A stretch of 56,786 nt of DNA from a virus (taxonomy: Duplodnaviria; Caudoviricetes), in the IMG/VR virus record IMGVR_UViG_3300025096_003284, positions 1 to 56,786 of that record. One strand, 5' to 3'. The translations under genes were made by a program, and so were the position numbers. Each line of letters begins with the position of its first letter. Positions within the stretch are counted from its first letter, which is position 1. Positions 9,558 to 18,616 of this stretch are shown piece after piece. The notes beneath the pieces are model-generated. The model made no database searches. It worked only from the letters and a program-made list of their open reading frames with translations, and was not told where the DNA came from.

Positions 9558-10371
9558 TGGGCATCTAATAGCTGGCCCTTGGGTTGGAGAATTCGGATGG
9601 GAGCTATATGCGTGGCAGGGATATGTCCGCGCGCTCTCTCGAAGCTTCTCCAAAACAACAGTTATTTCTAGGCCTAATTCGCAATACTTATATGAAGACT
9701 TTGCTGATAGGTTTATACCACATACTCCCACCGGAGGTCACCCCGATGCTTTTTTGATGCACGGGTTTGATATGAAAACCTCATTGAGAGAAATTGTACA
9801 GGAGAACCAAATACAAACTGGGCCCCATACAACTTTGTTTACACCTCGCCGTCTTGGGAACCCTCCTTATACTCATTACACTACACCGGTCGAGGTAGGG
9901 ACCTTCGCAATAGTTCCAGAATACCATATGTATGGTACAAAAAACGCGACCGCAGAGTTTGACTACTTGTTTCATATTCGCAATCGTGATATGCGCGCTG
10001 AAGACAATTGGGATAAAGAGAAGTGGAGTGTCTTAAGGCACCTGCTCGGCGCCGATAAGAAGATAGGCTGCATCGGCACTACTAGTCAGTCAGGTCTGGT
10101 CGAAGGGACCACAGACCTGAGAGGTATTTCTCTAGAGGAAACATGCAATACCATCAAGGGCTGCAGAGCAGTTTTCGGACCTTCCTCGGGTCCTATGCAC
10201 CTTACAAGTCTGTGCGGGGTACCTCACGTAGTGTGGTCGGTTAAAGACCAGGTCCGATATACAGAAAATTGGAATCCATTTAATACTCCGATTCTTTACT
10301 TGAACGAGCAGGGATGGCGCGCCATACCGCAGTTTATCTATGACAAGTACCAGGCTTGGACAGGAGCCTAA
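9550..10371 (+). CDS. GT9/heptosyltransferase-like glycosyltransferase
   Basis: N-terminal GEFG; NW..EKW; DLRG..SLEE; GPSSGPMHL...GVP as in the GT9 C-terminal motif. Confidence 0.7.
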   Translation: MSDGHLIAGPWVGEFGWELYAWQGYVRALSRSFSKTTVISRPNSQYLYEDFADRFIPHTPTGGHPDAFLMHGFDMKTSLREIVQENQIQTGPHTTLFTPRRLGNPPYTHYTTPVEVGTFAIVPEYHMYGTKNATAEFDYLFHIRNRDMRAEDNWDKEKWSVLRHLLGADKKIGCIGTTSQSGLVEGTTDLRGISLEETCNTIKGCRAVFGPSSGPMHLTSLCGVPHVVWSVKDQVRYTENWNPFNTPILYLNEQGWRAIPQFIYDKYQAWTGA

Positions 10372-10764
10372 GTGTCACAGATAGTTTTTACAAACGGATG
10401 CTTTGATATTCTGCATCGAGGACATTTCGAGCTTTTAAAGTATTGTAAATCCTTGGGAACTGTCATAGTGGGCTTAAACAGCGATGCTAGCGTAGCACGC
10501 CTTAAGGGCCCAACCCGACCTTTTTTCAATACCGCGGACAGACAGTTTGCACTAGAGAGCTGCAGCTATGTGGATAAGGTGGTGGTATTCGACGAGGATA
10601 CACCATACAATCTCATCAAAGAATTGGCGCCCGATATTGTCGTAAAGGGAGGCGATTATAAAGCCGAAGAAGTTGTAGGTTATGATCTAGCCGAGGTGAA
10701 GATTTTTAATTTTGTTGATGGTTATTCAACAAGCAAAGTATTAGAAGAGAAGGAAGATGTTTAA
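10372..10764 (+). CDS. Stand-alone HldE-type nucleotidyltransferase (cytidylyltransferase-like family)
   Basis: FTNGCFDILHRGH, GLNSD.SV.RLKG..RP, VKGGDY and GYSTS motifs. Confidence 0.9.
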   Translation: MSQIVFTNGCFDILHRGHFELLKYCKSLGTVIVGLNSDASVARLKGPTRPFFNTADRQFALESCSYVDKVVVFDEDTPYNLIKELAPDIVVKGGDYKAEEVVGYDLAEVKIFNFVDGYSTSKVLEEKEDV

Positions 10765-11557
10765 GATATTACTGATTGGCGATGCTTGCGAGGATGTATA
10801 TCATTATGGCTCGATCGATCGATTGTGTCCGGAAGCACCGGTACCTATCGTGAGACACACCCACACCGAAACCCGGGACGGCATGTGTCTGAACGTAAGA
10901 AACAACCTCCAGACGTTTGGTATGTCCGTTGAGGTTTTGTGCAATGCTGAGCTGATTCAAAAACAGCGTTTTGTAGACCTTCGAACAAAGCAGCACTTAC
11001 TTCGAGCCGACTTCGGGGAAAACGAAAGATTAGCTCAATGCGACGCTGCAAAAGTCGAAAACTATGACTTCGCGTCTTTAGATGCGGTGGTGATAGCAGA
11101 TTACAATAAAGGATTTGTCGAAAAAGAAGTCATCGAGATTGTGACGAAGAAGGCTGCGGCAGAAAACATTAACGTCTTTGTTGACTCTAAAAAAAGCGAC
11201 CTGAGCGCGTATAAGAATTGCATCATAAAGATTAACAAATTAGAATTCAATAAGCTGAAAAAACAACCAGAACAGTGTGAGCTGATTATAACAATGGGAG
11301 AAGAGGGGGCCCGATGGAATGGAAACACATACCCCACAGAAGCCTGTGATGTGTTTGATGTGTGCGGTGCCGGCGACACTTTCTTGGCAGCCCTGGTTTA
11401 TGAACAACTCGAAACTAAGTCAATCGAAAAAGGAATTCAGTTTGCTAACCATTGCTCACGCTTGGTGGTGGGCAAATTTGGAACGTACACACTAACTTCC
11501 GAGGATGTTAAAAATATAAGAGACAAGGGAGAAAATCAAAATGAAGTTTGTACCTAA
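10757..11557 (+). CDS. PfkB-family sugar kinase, HldE (RfaE domain I)-like
   Basis: IGD.C.D, R..PEAPVP, DYNKG and DVCGAGDTF motifs. Confidence 0.9.
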   Translation: MFKILLIGDACEDVYHYGSIDRLCPEAPVPIVRHTHTETRDGMCLNVRNNLQTFGMSVEVLCNAELIQKQRFVDLRTKQHLLRADFGENERLAQCDAAKVENYDFASLDAVVIADYNKGFVEKEVIEIVTKKAAAENINVFVDSKKSDLSAYKNCIIKINKLEFNKLKKQPEQCELIITMGEEGARWNGNTYPTEACDVFDVCGAGDTFLAALVYEQLETKSIEKGIQFANHCSRLVVGKFGTYTLTSEDVKNIRDKGENQNEVCT

Positions 11558-11882
11558 AGGCTGGGGCTTTGAAAAGTGGATTGTTAATAACGAAGAGTAT
11601 TGTGGAAAATTACTTTACTTTGTTAAGGGCAAAAGATGCTCTTGGCATTATCACGTATTAAAAGATGAAGTATTTTATATACAATCAGGGAAAATTCTGG
11701 TAAAATATTCGGAGAGTGATGATCTTGAATCAGCCGAAGAGAAAACTTTAGAGCGCGGAGACAATTTTCACGTATATCGAGGATTGCGTCATCAGATGGT
11801 TGCTCTAGAGGACACCGAGCTGTTTGAGTTCTCAACTCAGCACTTTGACTCGGATAGTCATAGGATTATTAAAGGAGACTAA
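11541..11882 (+). CDS. Cupin-domain protein (putative sugar isomerase)
   Basis: KGWGFE, YCGK, S.HYH..KDE.FY..SG, H and EFSTQH motifs. Paralog of 8124..8570. Confidence 0.82.
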   Translation: MKFVPKGWGFEKWIVNNEEYCGKLLYFVKGKRCSWHYHVLKDEVFYIQSGKILVKYSESDDLESAEEKTLERGDNFHVYRGLRHQMVALEDTELFEFSTQHFDSDSHRIIKGD

Positions 11883-12779
11883 ATGTATAATTTCCGTATG
11901 CCCACGGTTCCGAAGAAAAAAGAGAGGTATGTTTACCCCAACAAGCAGGCCCCATATGAGAAGGTTTGTTTTGGCATTCGAGGCCAGTTCGGCGATATCG
12001 TGATGCAAGAGCCGGGCTTGAGAAAGTTTATTGAAGAAAATCCAGAAACTAAGATAGTTTTTGCTGTTTCTGAGCCCTATAAGGACATTCTTCCCCTTTT
12101 TGAGAACTATCATGAGAACATAGTAGGCTTCAAAGTCTGGGAGGGATACAATGAGTGGCCCACAGAGGCCGACCGTAAATATATGGAAGAAGAAAACTTT
12201 GATGCTCTGTTTCCTCCGGACATCCCTTTGCATGCCCAGCCGGACTGGGCCCACCGCCGCCACATCACCACAGAGACAGCTTTGATGATCGGGGTTACGT
12301 CCGGTGACACGAATATACAGCTTAAAATGCCAGCAGATGTCGAAAAAGAGCCGAAAACGGTCGGATTGCACCTGTTTTCGAGCAAGTGGCCAGGGGGCGC
12401 AAGATCCGTGGATGTGCAGAAACAGACTTCTATTGTCGACCATATAGTTGCCAAAGGCTATAAAGTATACCAGTTGTCCGCCCCGGACCAGCCGCGCATC
12501 CCAAATACAACCTTTTCGGAGGGCTCCTATTTTGATTCGTGTAAACGAATGCTTACTACGGACCTTTTAATCACTTGCGACTCCGGGATGCCCTGGATTG
12601 CGTCAGCGTACGACCACCCTATGGTGGGGCTGTACTCGACGGCCTATAACCCGCTTATAGAAACCACTAAAAACTGGCAACCGGAGAACCCTAATGCCGT
12701 TTTCTTAGAGGGTCCGCTCGCCAATGATATACCACTAGAGGTGGTTTTGGCTGCGATAGATGGAAAGCTAGAGGATTAG
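11883..12779 (+). CDS. GT9/heptosyltransferase-like glycosyltransferase
   Basis: GQFGDIVM N-terminal motif and ITCDSG..WIASA...P.VGLY C-terminal motif. Confidence 0.8.
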   Translation: MYNFRMPTVPKKKERYVYPNKQAPYEKVCFGIRGQFGDIVMQEPGLRKFIEENPETKIVFAVSEPYKDILPLFENYHENIVGFKVWEGYNEWPTEADRKYMEEENFDALFPPDIPLHAQPDWAHRRHITTETALMIGVTSGDTNIQLKMPADVEKEPKTVGLHLFSSKWPGGARSVDVQKQTSIVDHIVAKGYKVYQLSAPDQPRIPNTTFSEGSYFDSCKRMLTTDLLITCDSGMPWIASAYDHPMVGLYSTAYNPLIETTKNWQPENPNAVFLEGPLANDIPLEVVLAAIDGKLED

Positions 12780-12782
12780 ACC

Positions 12783-13664
12783 ATGAGAATCTCCCTTATT
12801 ACACCCCCATCCCATAACATTGAGCCTTGGGTGCCTATTTTTGAGAAGAAGGGCGTCAAAGTCCATCTCAATGGTATCCACCCTGATTGTGATTTCATTA
12901 TAAATACGAGCCAATCCTGGATTCACCTGGTGGTGATGTTTCGAAACACGTTTCCACATATTCCTTTTATCAATTATACTCTGGATTTCTACAAAACTGT
13001 ATGGACTGCCCCGAATCCGCACGGATATAACTGGGCCGCGTACCGAGACATTATAAAAACGGCCACAGAAGTGTGGTGTATCTCCAATGAAGTAAAACAA
13101 CGACTGACAGAAGAGGGAATAAACCCTGATCTCTGTGAGGTCATGAAAATATGGGCCCGATTCTTTGATTATCCGGGCACCATTGAAGATAAGCGCTATA
13201 TTCTTAATCCAATGCGCGCCTATATCGCCGACAAAAACTATGGTTGGCTTGACCGCGCGTGTAGCGAACTAAACATTCCTGTAGTCAAAACACAGAATAG
13301 CCTGACCCTCGACGACTTTCGCAAGACCATTGCGGAATGCAGTTTTATGTGCACAGAATATCATGAAACCTCCACCGGAGGTCTAACCCTGTTGGAAGGA
13401 TATAGGCTTGGCAAACCCTCTGTTGTGAGCGATTCTCCTTATGAGGGTGTCCGCGACTATCTGGGGGATAAGGCCATTTATTTTGATGACAACAGCTATG
13501 AAGATTTCAAGAGAGTCATCAAGGAGACCTGGGAAAATCCGCCGCAACTGGATTTAAAAGAGTGTGAGGCTTATTGCGATACACACCCCACCCTTGAAGA
13601 AACAGTCGATGTTATGATTGCCCGTATGCAAATACTCAAAGAAAGAGAGAACGAAAATGGATAA
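12783..13664 (+). CDS. Glycosyltransferase-like protein (GT-B)
   Basis: E.STGGLTLLEG...GKP.VVSD, followed by AIYF..SYEDF...I. Confidence 0.65.
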   Translation: MRISLITPPSHNIEPWVPIFEKKGVKVHLNGIHPDCDFIINTSQSWIHLVVMFRNTFPHIPFINYTLDFYKTVWTAPNPHGYNWAAYRDIIKTATEVWCISNEVKQRLTEEGINPDLCEVMKIWARFFDYPGTIEDKRYILNPMRAYIADKNYGWLDRACSELNIPVVKTQNSLTLDDFRKTIAECSFMCTEYHETSTGGLTLLEGYRLGKPSVVSDSPYEGVRDYLGDKAIYFDDNSYEDFKRVIKETWENPPQLDLKECEAYCDTHPTLEETVDVMIARMQILKERENENG

Positions 13665-14406
13665 AGCCACCATCAGATACCAACAGAGATTGGTCGTAGA
13701 TCACGAGATCGTGTTTCATGATCTACTAGAAACCGGAATGAATATGGATAAACATATTATTGCCGGGACGGCGTTCCAGCGCCCAGACCACAACTTTCAG
13801 CCATTGTTGCGCTTGGTTAAGAAGGGGTCTGTAGTTTATGATCTAGGATCGTACATCGGCACCTTTGCCATTCCAATGGCAATCGAAGGGATGGAAGTCC
13901 ATGCATTTGAGGGATTCCCTGACAACTATGAAAGATGCAAGAAAAACACAGAGCCATATAACGTGACAAATTATCAGGTCGCTGTGAGTAATGAAAATTA
14001 TACTGTGGATTCAAAATTTAATAACTGTATGGATAATGAGTATGAAGTGCGCACGATTAAATATGTGCGTCTAGACGAATACGTAAAGAAGAACAAGATA
14101 CCCGCCCCGTCTTTGGTAAAAATGGATATTGAAGGGATGGAAACTTTGGCGTTGCATGGGATGACTAATCTATTGGAAAATGTACGCCCGATATGGAGTA
14201 TGGGATATCACTTTAAGTTCTACTCTACAGTCGAAGGATACCCGGGCTGGATTGATGTAAAGGATGGAGGCTTCGATTTTAAGAGATTTACTGAGCTGGA
14301 ATATATAATCTTTGACGAGCTCGGCCGCCGAGCTCCTCCACATATACTTGACATTCGCGGAGGAGAGTTTACATTTATACCTAGGGAGAAGATTAAAGCA
14401 AAATGA
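13657..14406 (+). CDS. FkbM-family SAM-dependent methyltransferase
   Basis: VYDLGSYIG, HAFE, LD, and LVKMDIEGME..AL.G motifs. Confidence 0.85.
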   Translation: MDKATIRYQQRLVVDHEIVFHDLLETGMNMDKHIIAGTAFQRPDHNFQPLLRLVKKGSVVYDLGSYIGTFAIPMAIEGMEVHAFEGFPDNYERCKKNTEPYNVTNYQVAVSNENYTVDSKFNNCMDNEYEVRTIKYVRLDEYVKKNKIPAPSLVKMDIEGMETLALHGMTNLLENVRPIWSMGYHFKFYSTVEGYPGWIDVKDGGFDFKRFTELEYIIFDELGRRAPPHILDIRGGEFTFIPREKIKAK

Positions 14407-15011
14407 AAAAGGTCTGTATAGCTGCTTCTAGGGACGTTGGGCTCCGCTGTGCAGCGTGGGCGAAAGACCACACACCACATGGTTTCGAAGTAACTGAGGA
14501 TATGTCAGCTGCAGATATTATTATATGTGTTATGTATGAGAAAATACTGGGCCCCCAATATGTTAATAACAGTACTTGTTTTAACTTTCATCCTGGTATC
14601 TTGCCTGAGTATAAGGGATCTGGAACCTTTAGTTGGGTCATTATTAATGAGGAGCAAAAGGCAGGAGTCACTCTCCATTTAATTGACCGAGGACTAGATA
14701 CAGGAGACGTTATTGAGATAAGAGAATTCTTGATAGGAAAAGAAGATACAGCCTACTCCTTATTTTTAAGAGGCGAAGAAGTTATCTTCAAGATGTTCAA
14801 GAATTGGTACGCTGATCTGCTCCAGGGTCAGTACACTGCGATCCCGCAACGAAGCAAGAAGGGAAACCTTTATTACAAGAAGGACTTGCAGAAAGCCAAA
14901 AATCTAACGAGGTTTGTTAAGGCTTTTTATTTCCCCAACAAGGAGGCTGCTTATTATATTAATGACAAAGCAGAGAAAATTTATTTAAACTTTAAAGAGG
15001 AACAACGATGA
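14403..15011 (+). CDS. N10-formyl-THF-dependent formyltransferase (sugar N-formyltransferase-like)
   Basis: NFHPG.LP.YKG and GVTLH.ID.GLDTG motifs. Confidence 0.88.
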   Translation: MKKVCIAASRDVGLRCAAWAKDHTPHGFEVTEDMSAADIIICVMYEKILGPQYVNNSTCFNFHPGILPEYKGSGTFSWVIINEEQKAGVTLHLIDRGLDTGDVIEIREFLIGKEDTAYSLFLRGEEVIFKMFKNWYADLLQGQYTAIPQRSKKGNLYYKKDLQKAKNLTRFVKAFYFPNKEAAYYINDKAEKIYLNFKEEQR

Positions 15012-15964
15012 GAAATATTCAAAATTGCAATGTATGCGTAATTGGGGGAGCCGGCTTTCTCGGATCCCAACTAGTTGATCACTTGATTGAGGATCGTAGC
15101 TGTAATGTTATTGTTTTAGATAACCTAATAACGGGCCTTAAAAAACACATTCACCCCGACGCTGTCTTTAAGTGGTTCGACATCCGAGACGACGAAAACG
15201 AACTAGCCAAGATTTTTAATGAAAACAAGATTGACTATGTATTCAACTATGCGGCAGAGCCTTACATCCCGGAGTGCTTCGAGCGCCCGATGCACTTCTT
15301 TGATATTAACGCCACATCGGTACTGCGTGTATTAAATGCGTGCCAGAAAGCCGACATTAAAGGGCTCTTACAAGTTTCGTCCGCTGAGATCTATGGCGAT
15401 ATGAAAGGCAAGATCACGGAATCAGATCCGATCGTTCCGCATTCTACCTACGGGGTTTCTAAAGTGGCCGCCGATGGCCTCGTTCAAGTGCGCTGGCGAG
15501 AGGGGAAGGTTCCAGCGATCGCGATGAGACAATTTAATTGTGTAGGCGAGCGAGAGTCACACCCATATGTGATCCCTGAAATCATTTACCAAATGGACTA
15601 CTCAAACAAAATCAAGCTCGGCAACAACTCCTTCAGAGATTTTCAGTATTCTGGCGATGCAGTGAGAATGGCTGTGGAATTGTTAGAAAAAGGCGAGTTC
15701 GGCGAAGTTTATAACATGGGGAGCGAAGGGGGCATTCAAATTTATGATTTGGCTCATCTTATTGGTAAGCTTATGGGACACGAGACTGTCGAAATTGAAA
15801 CAGATCAGTCCCGTGTGCGCCCGTGGGAAATCTGGCATCTTCAGTCTGACAACACAAAGCTTTATGCTGCCATCGGCCAGAAGACTCCCACATCACTTGA
15901 AGAAGCACTACAGAAAACAATTGATTATTTTTATGCCAACGGAAAATCGTGGGATTGGGAATAG
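15008..15964 (+). CDS. NAD-dependent nucleotide-sugar epimerase/dehydratase (extended SDR)
   Basis: GGAGFLG, SSAEIYG, YGVSK (YxxxK) and R.FN motifs. Confidence 0.9.
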   Translation: MRNIQNCNVCVIGGAGFLGSQLVDHLIEDRSCNVIVLDNLITGLKKHIHPDAVFKWFDIRDDENELAKIFNENKIDYVFNYAAEPYIPECFERPMHFFDINATSVLRVLNACQKADIKGLLQVSSAEIYGDMKGKITESDPIVPHSTYGVSKVAADGLVQVRWREGKVPAIAMRQFNCVGERESHPYVIPEIIYQMDYSNKIKLGNNSFRDFQYSGDAVRMAVELLEKGEFGEVYNMGSEGGIQIYDLAHLIGKLMGHETVEIETDQSRVRPWEIWHLQSDNTKLYAAIGQKTPTSLEEALQKTIDYFYANGKSWDWE

Positions 15965-15967
15965 TAA

Positions 15968-16555
15968 ATGAGTTTTGAGGTAATCAAAACATTTGAAGAT
16001 GAGTTGGCAAAGTTTTTTGGTTCTCCTTATGCAGTTACAACTGATTGCTGCACACACGCTGTAGAGTTGTGTTTGCGGTATAAAGATATCAAGTCGATTA
16101 GCGTCCCGAAGCACACTTACATATCTATTCCTCTTTTGTCCCGCAAGCTTGGCCTTGACTTAGAGTGGCGAGACGAGGAGTGGCTGGATTACTACACAGT
16201 TGCTGATAATATCATTGATGCCGCAGTTCTGTGGAAGCCGGAGAGTTATATCCCGGGAACCTTTATGTGTGTGAGCTTTCAGTTCAAGAAACACTTGAGC
16301 CTAGGCCGCGGAGGCGTTATCCTCACAGATAATAAAGAGGCCGCGCTAGATTTAAAAAAGATGTCGTATGATGGACGAACACCGGATACCCCATGGGCAA
16401 CACAGAATATTAGCACTATGGGATATCATTACTATATGACACCCGAGACGGCAATCAACGGATTAGAGAAGCTGCCTGGGGCAATTGTCAACCCTCCTAA
16501 GCAGTGGACGATAGAGGACTGGCCAGACTTAACAAAAATGGAGATATTTAAGTGA
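15968..16555 (+). CDS. Minimal DegT/DnrJ/EryC1/StrS-family PLP aminotransferase-like protein
   Basis: FE..LA..G..YAV...CT.A, VP..TY, IDAA, SFQFKKHL..G.GG and GY.Y.M motifs. Only 195 aa. Confidence 0.75.
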   Translation: MSFEVIKTFEDELAKFFGSPYAVTTDCCTHAVELCLRYKDIKSISVPKHTYISIPLLSRKLGLDLEWRDEEWLDYYTVADNIIDAAVLWKPESYIPGTFMCVSFQFKKHLSLGRGGVILTDNKEAALDLKKMSYDGRTPDTPWATQNISTMGYHYYMTPETAINGLEKLPGAIVNPPKQWTIEDWPDLTKMEIFK

Positions 16556-17544
16556 GATTTTTAGTTACAGGCGCCACCGGTTTCGCTGGCCCGCATATGA
16601 TAAACCGGATTTTAGCCGACGGCCACGAAGTTGTTGCTATGGCCAGAAATTTAGAAACTGCTCCGGGCATTGAAAACATTGTTGGGGAAAATATTAATAA
16701 AATTGAATTTGTATATGGAGACCTAGCTGAGTTAGATTCTCTATCTGCAATTTTTGCAAACGACACCTTTGACGGTGTGTTTCATCTGGGCGCTTTTGCA
16801 CACCCACCTTCCTCTTTTGTCACACCGCTTTTGGCTAGCCAAACCAACATCTTAGGAACCGCTCGCATCTGTGATGAGATCCTAGAGCGAATGCCTGACT
16901 GTGTTTTGATGAATTGTTCTACCCCCGAGGTGTATGGAATATGCCCCGGCGATCGAAAGATTAAAGAAGACACACCTCTGGTCCCCAATAACCCCTATGG
17001 TGTTTCAAAAGCCGGCGCCGATATGTATGTTCTTGAGCGCGCTGCCACAACCGGGTTGAAGACCTTCTTAACACGCGCATTCTCACATACTGGACCCCGC
17101 CGCGGCCCAAATTTTTCAATATCTTCGGATGCAATCCAAATCGCGCGCATCCTTAGAGGACAGCAGGAGCCCATCATCAAAATTGGAAACATGGCTGCCC
17201 TACGAATTGTGGCTGATGTCCGCGACATTGTTGACGTTTATTATCAGTTAATGCTTAAGTTTATGGAAGGTGCCATTGAAACCGGCGACATCTTTCATAT
17301 TGCTGGAAACGATTTGCACACAATGCAACACTATTTAGACCTGATGCTGGGGATCTCGGGACTCACAGACAAGGTTACGCTAGAAATAGAACCAAAGTTT
17401 TTACGAAAAGTGGAGATCCCCGTACAAATACCTGACGACTCCAAGGTCAGAGCTTTATTGGGATGGGCGCCTACTATTCCTATTGAAGAAACGCTTGAAG
17501 ATCTGGTAAACTATTGGTTGGGAGAAATAGATCATGGGAATTAA
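16552..17544 (+). CDS. GDP-mannose 4,6-dehydratase/RMD-like extended SDR
   Basis: TGATGFAG, FHLGA....SF, PYGVSK, R.FSH.GPRR, GN....R...DVRD and LGW.P motifs. Confidence 0.85.
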   Translation: MRFLVTGATGFAGPHMINRILADGHEVVAMARNLETAPGIENIVGENINKIEFVYGDLAELDSLSAIFANDTFDGVFHLGAFAHPPSSFVTPLLASQTNILGTARICDEILERMPDCVLMNCSTPEVYGICPGDRKIKEDTPLVPNNPYGVSKAGADMYVLERAATTGLKTFLTRAFSHTGPRRGPNFSISSDAIQIARILRGQQEPIIKIGNMAALRIVADVRDIVDVYYQLMLKFMEGAIETGDIFHIAGNDLHTMQHYLDLMLGISGLTDKVTLEIEPKFLRKVEIPVQIPDDSKVRALLGWAPTIPIEETLEDLVNYWLGEIDHGN

Positions 17545-18604
17545 AGACGTAGACGCGCACAAATTAATGTACTACCCTGAAGAGGTAGCAAAATGGCTGA
17601 CAACGGGTGCCACAACTCCGTTGCATGTTGAGATTGGACCAACGAACCGTTGTAATCATCACTGTAGTTTCTGCAGCGTTGATTGGGCAACTCACGGAAA
17701 AGTACTGATTGATACTGAGGTATTGGAGAAGGCTATTCATTCGATGGCTGATGTTGGTGTAAAATCAATATATTTTGCTGGCGAGGGAGAGCCTATGCTT
17801 CACCCTGACATCGGCAAGTTTTTGCAAGCCGGCTGGAATCGTGGCATTAAAACCTCGATGGCTACAAATGGATCGAGATTGACCGAAAAGATGATCCCGG
17901 AAGTACTACCGTATCTATCGTGGGTACGATTTAGTATGGATGCAGCAACTCCGGATACACACAAATCAATTCATAAGAATAAAGACTTCGATCGTATTAT
18001 CAAGCACCTTCGAGCGGCCACTGCATATAAAAAAGAGCACAACTTAGAGGTAGAGCTTGGCGCTCAGTTCATCGTGTTAGAAGAGAATCTGACCGAACTG
18101 GAACAGTTCGCTGATCTTATGAAGGATGTGGGAGTCGACAATATTCAGTTTAAGCCACACCACAACCACCCCAAGAGTGCTTCCAACCCCACTCTTTACA
18201 ACCTGACAGACGAAGATCTAAAACAACGCCTGGTGGCTCGCAGCACAGATGACTTTGTTGTTATGGTTCGAAGCCGAAACATTCAAGAACTACCGGTTAT
18301 TGATGGCCAAAGCCACAATTATTGCTATAAGAAGTGCTATGCATATAATTTCCTGACGCTAATTGATGCATACGGGGAGTGCTATGGTTGCAATGTTTTC
18401 TATAACACACCTGATTATAGCTTTGGGAATATTCACAAGCAGTCCTTCGAAGAAATCCATACAAGCGGACAGGTCCAAGACACAATGGAACGTGTTGCAG
18501 AACTAGACCATGTACAGTGTGGTAACTATAAGTGTCGTCCTCATGTTTTAAATGAATATCTTCATCGAGTTAAAAACCCCGAGAAGAACGACGAATTTAT
18601 TTAG
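17534..18604 (+). CDS. Radical SAM enzyme with C-terminal SPASM/Twitch-like domain
   Basis: CNHHCSFC (CxxxCxxC), GEGEP, TNG, and C-terminal Cys cluster with FGNI...SF.EI. Confidence 0.9.
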   Translation: MGIKDVDAHKLMYYPEEVAKWLTTGATTPLHVEIGPTNRCNHHCSFCSVDWATHGKVLIDTEVLEKAIHSMADVGVKSIYFAGEGEPMLHPDIGKFLQAGWNRGIKTSMATNGSRLTEKMIPEVLPYLSWVRFSMDAATPDTHKSIHKNKDFDRIIKHLRAATAYKKEHNLEVELGAQFIVLEENLTELEQFADLMKDVGVDNIQFKPHHNHPKSASNPTLYNLTDEDLKQRLVARSTDDFVVMVRSRNIQELPVIDGQSHNYCYKKCYAYNFLTLIDAYGECYGCNVFYNTPDYSFGNIHKQSFEEIHTSGQVQDTMERVAELDHVQCGNYKCRPHVLNEYLHRVKNPEKNDEFI

Positions 18605-18616
18605 CAAGAGGTTTTG

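Noticed and set aside
11832-12443. Long minus-strand ORFs (this 203-aa one, also 50648..51115, 51449..51949, 52167..52610 and many shorter)
   Set aside because: All overlap motif-bearing plus-strand genes and have no recognisable motifs. The window is unidirectional.
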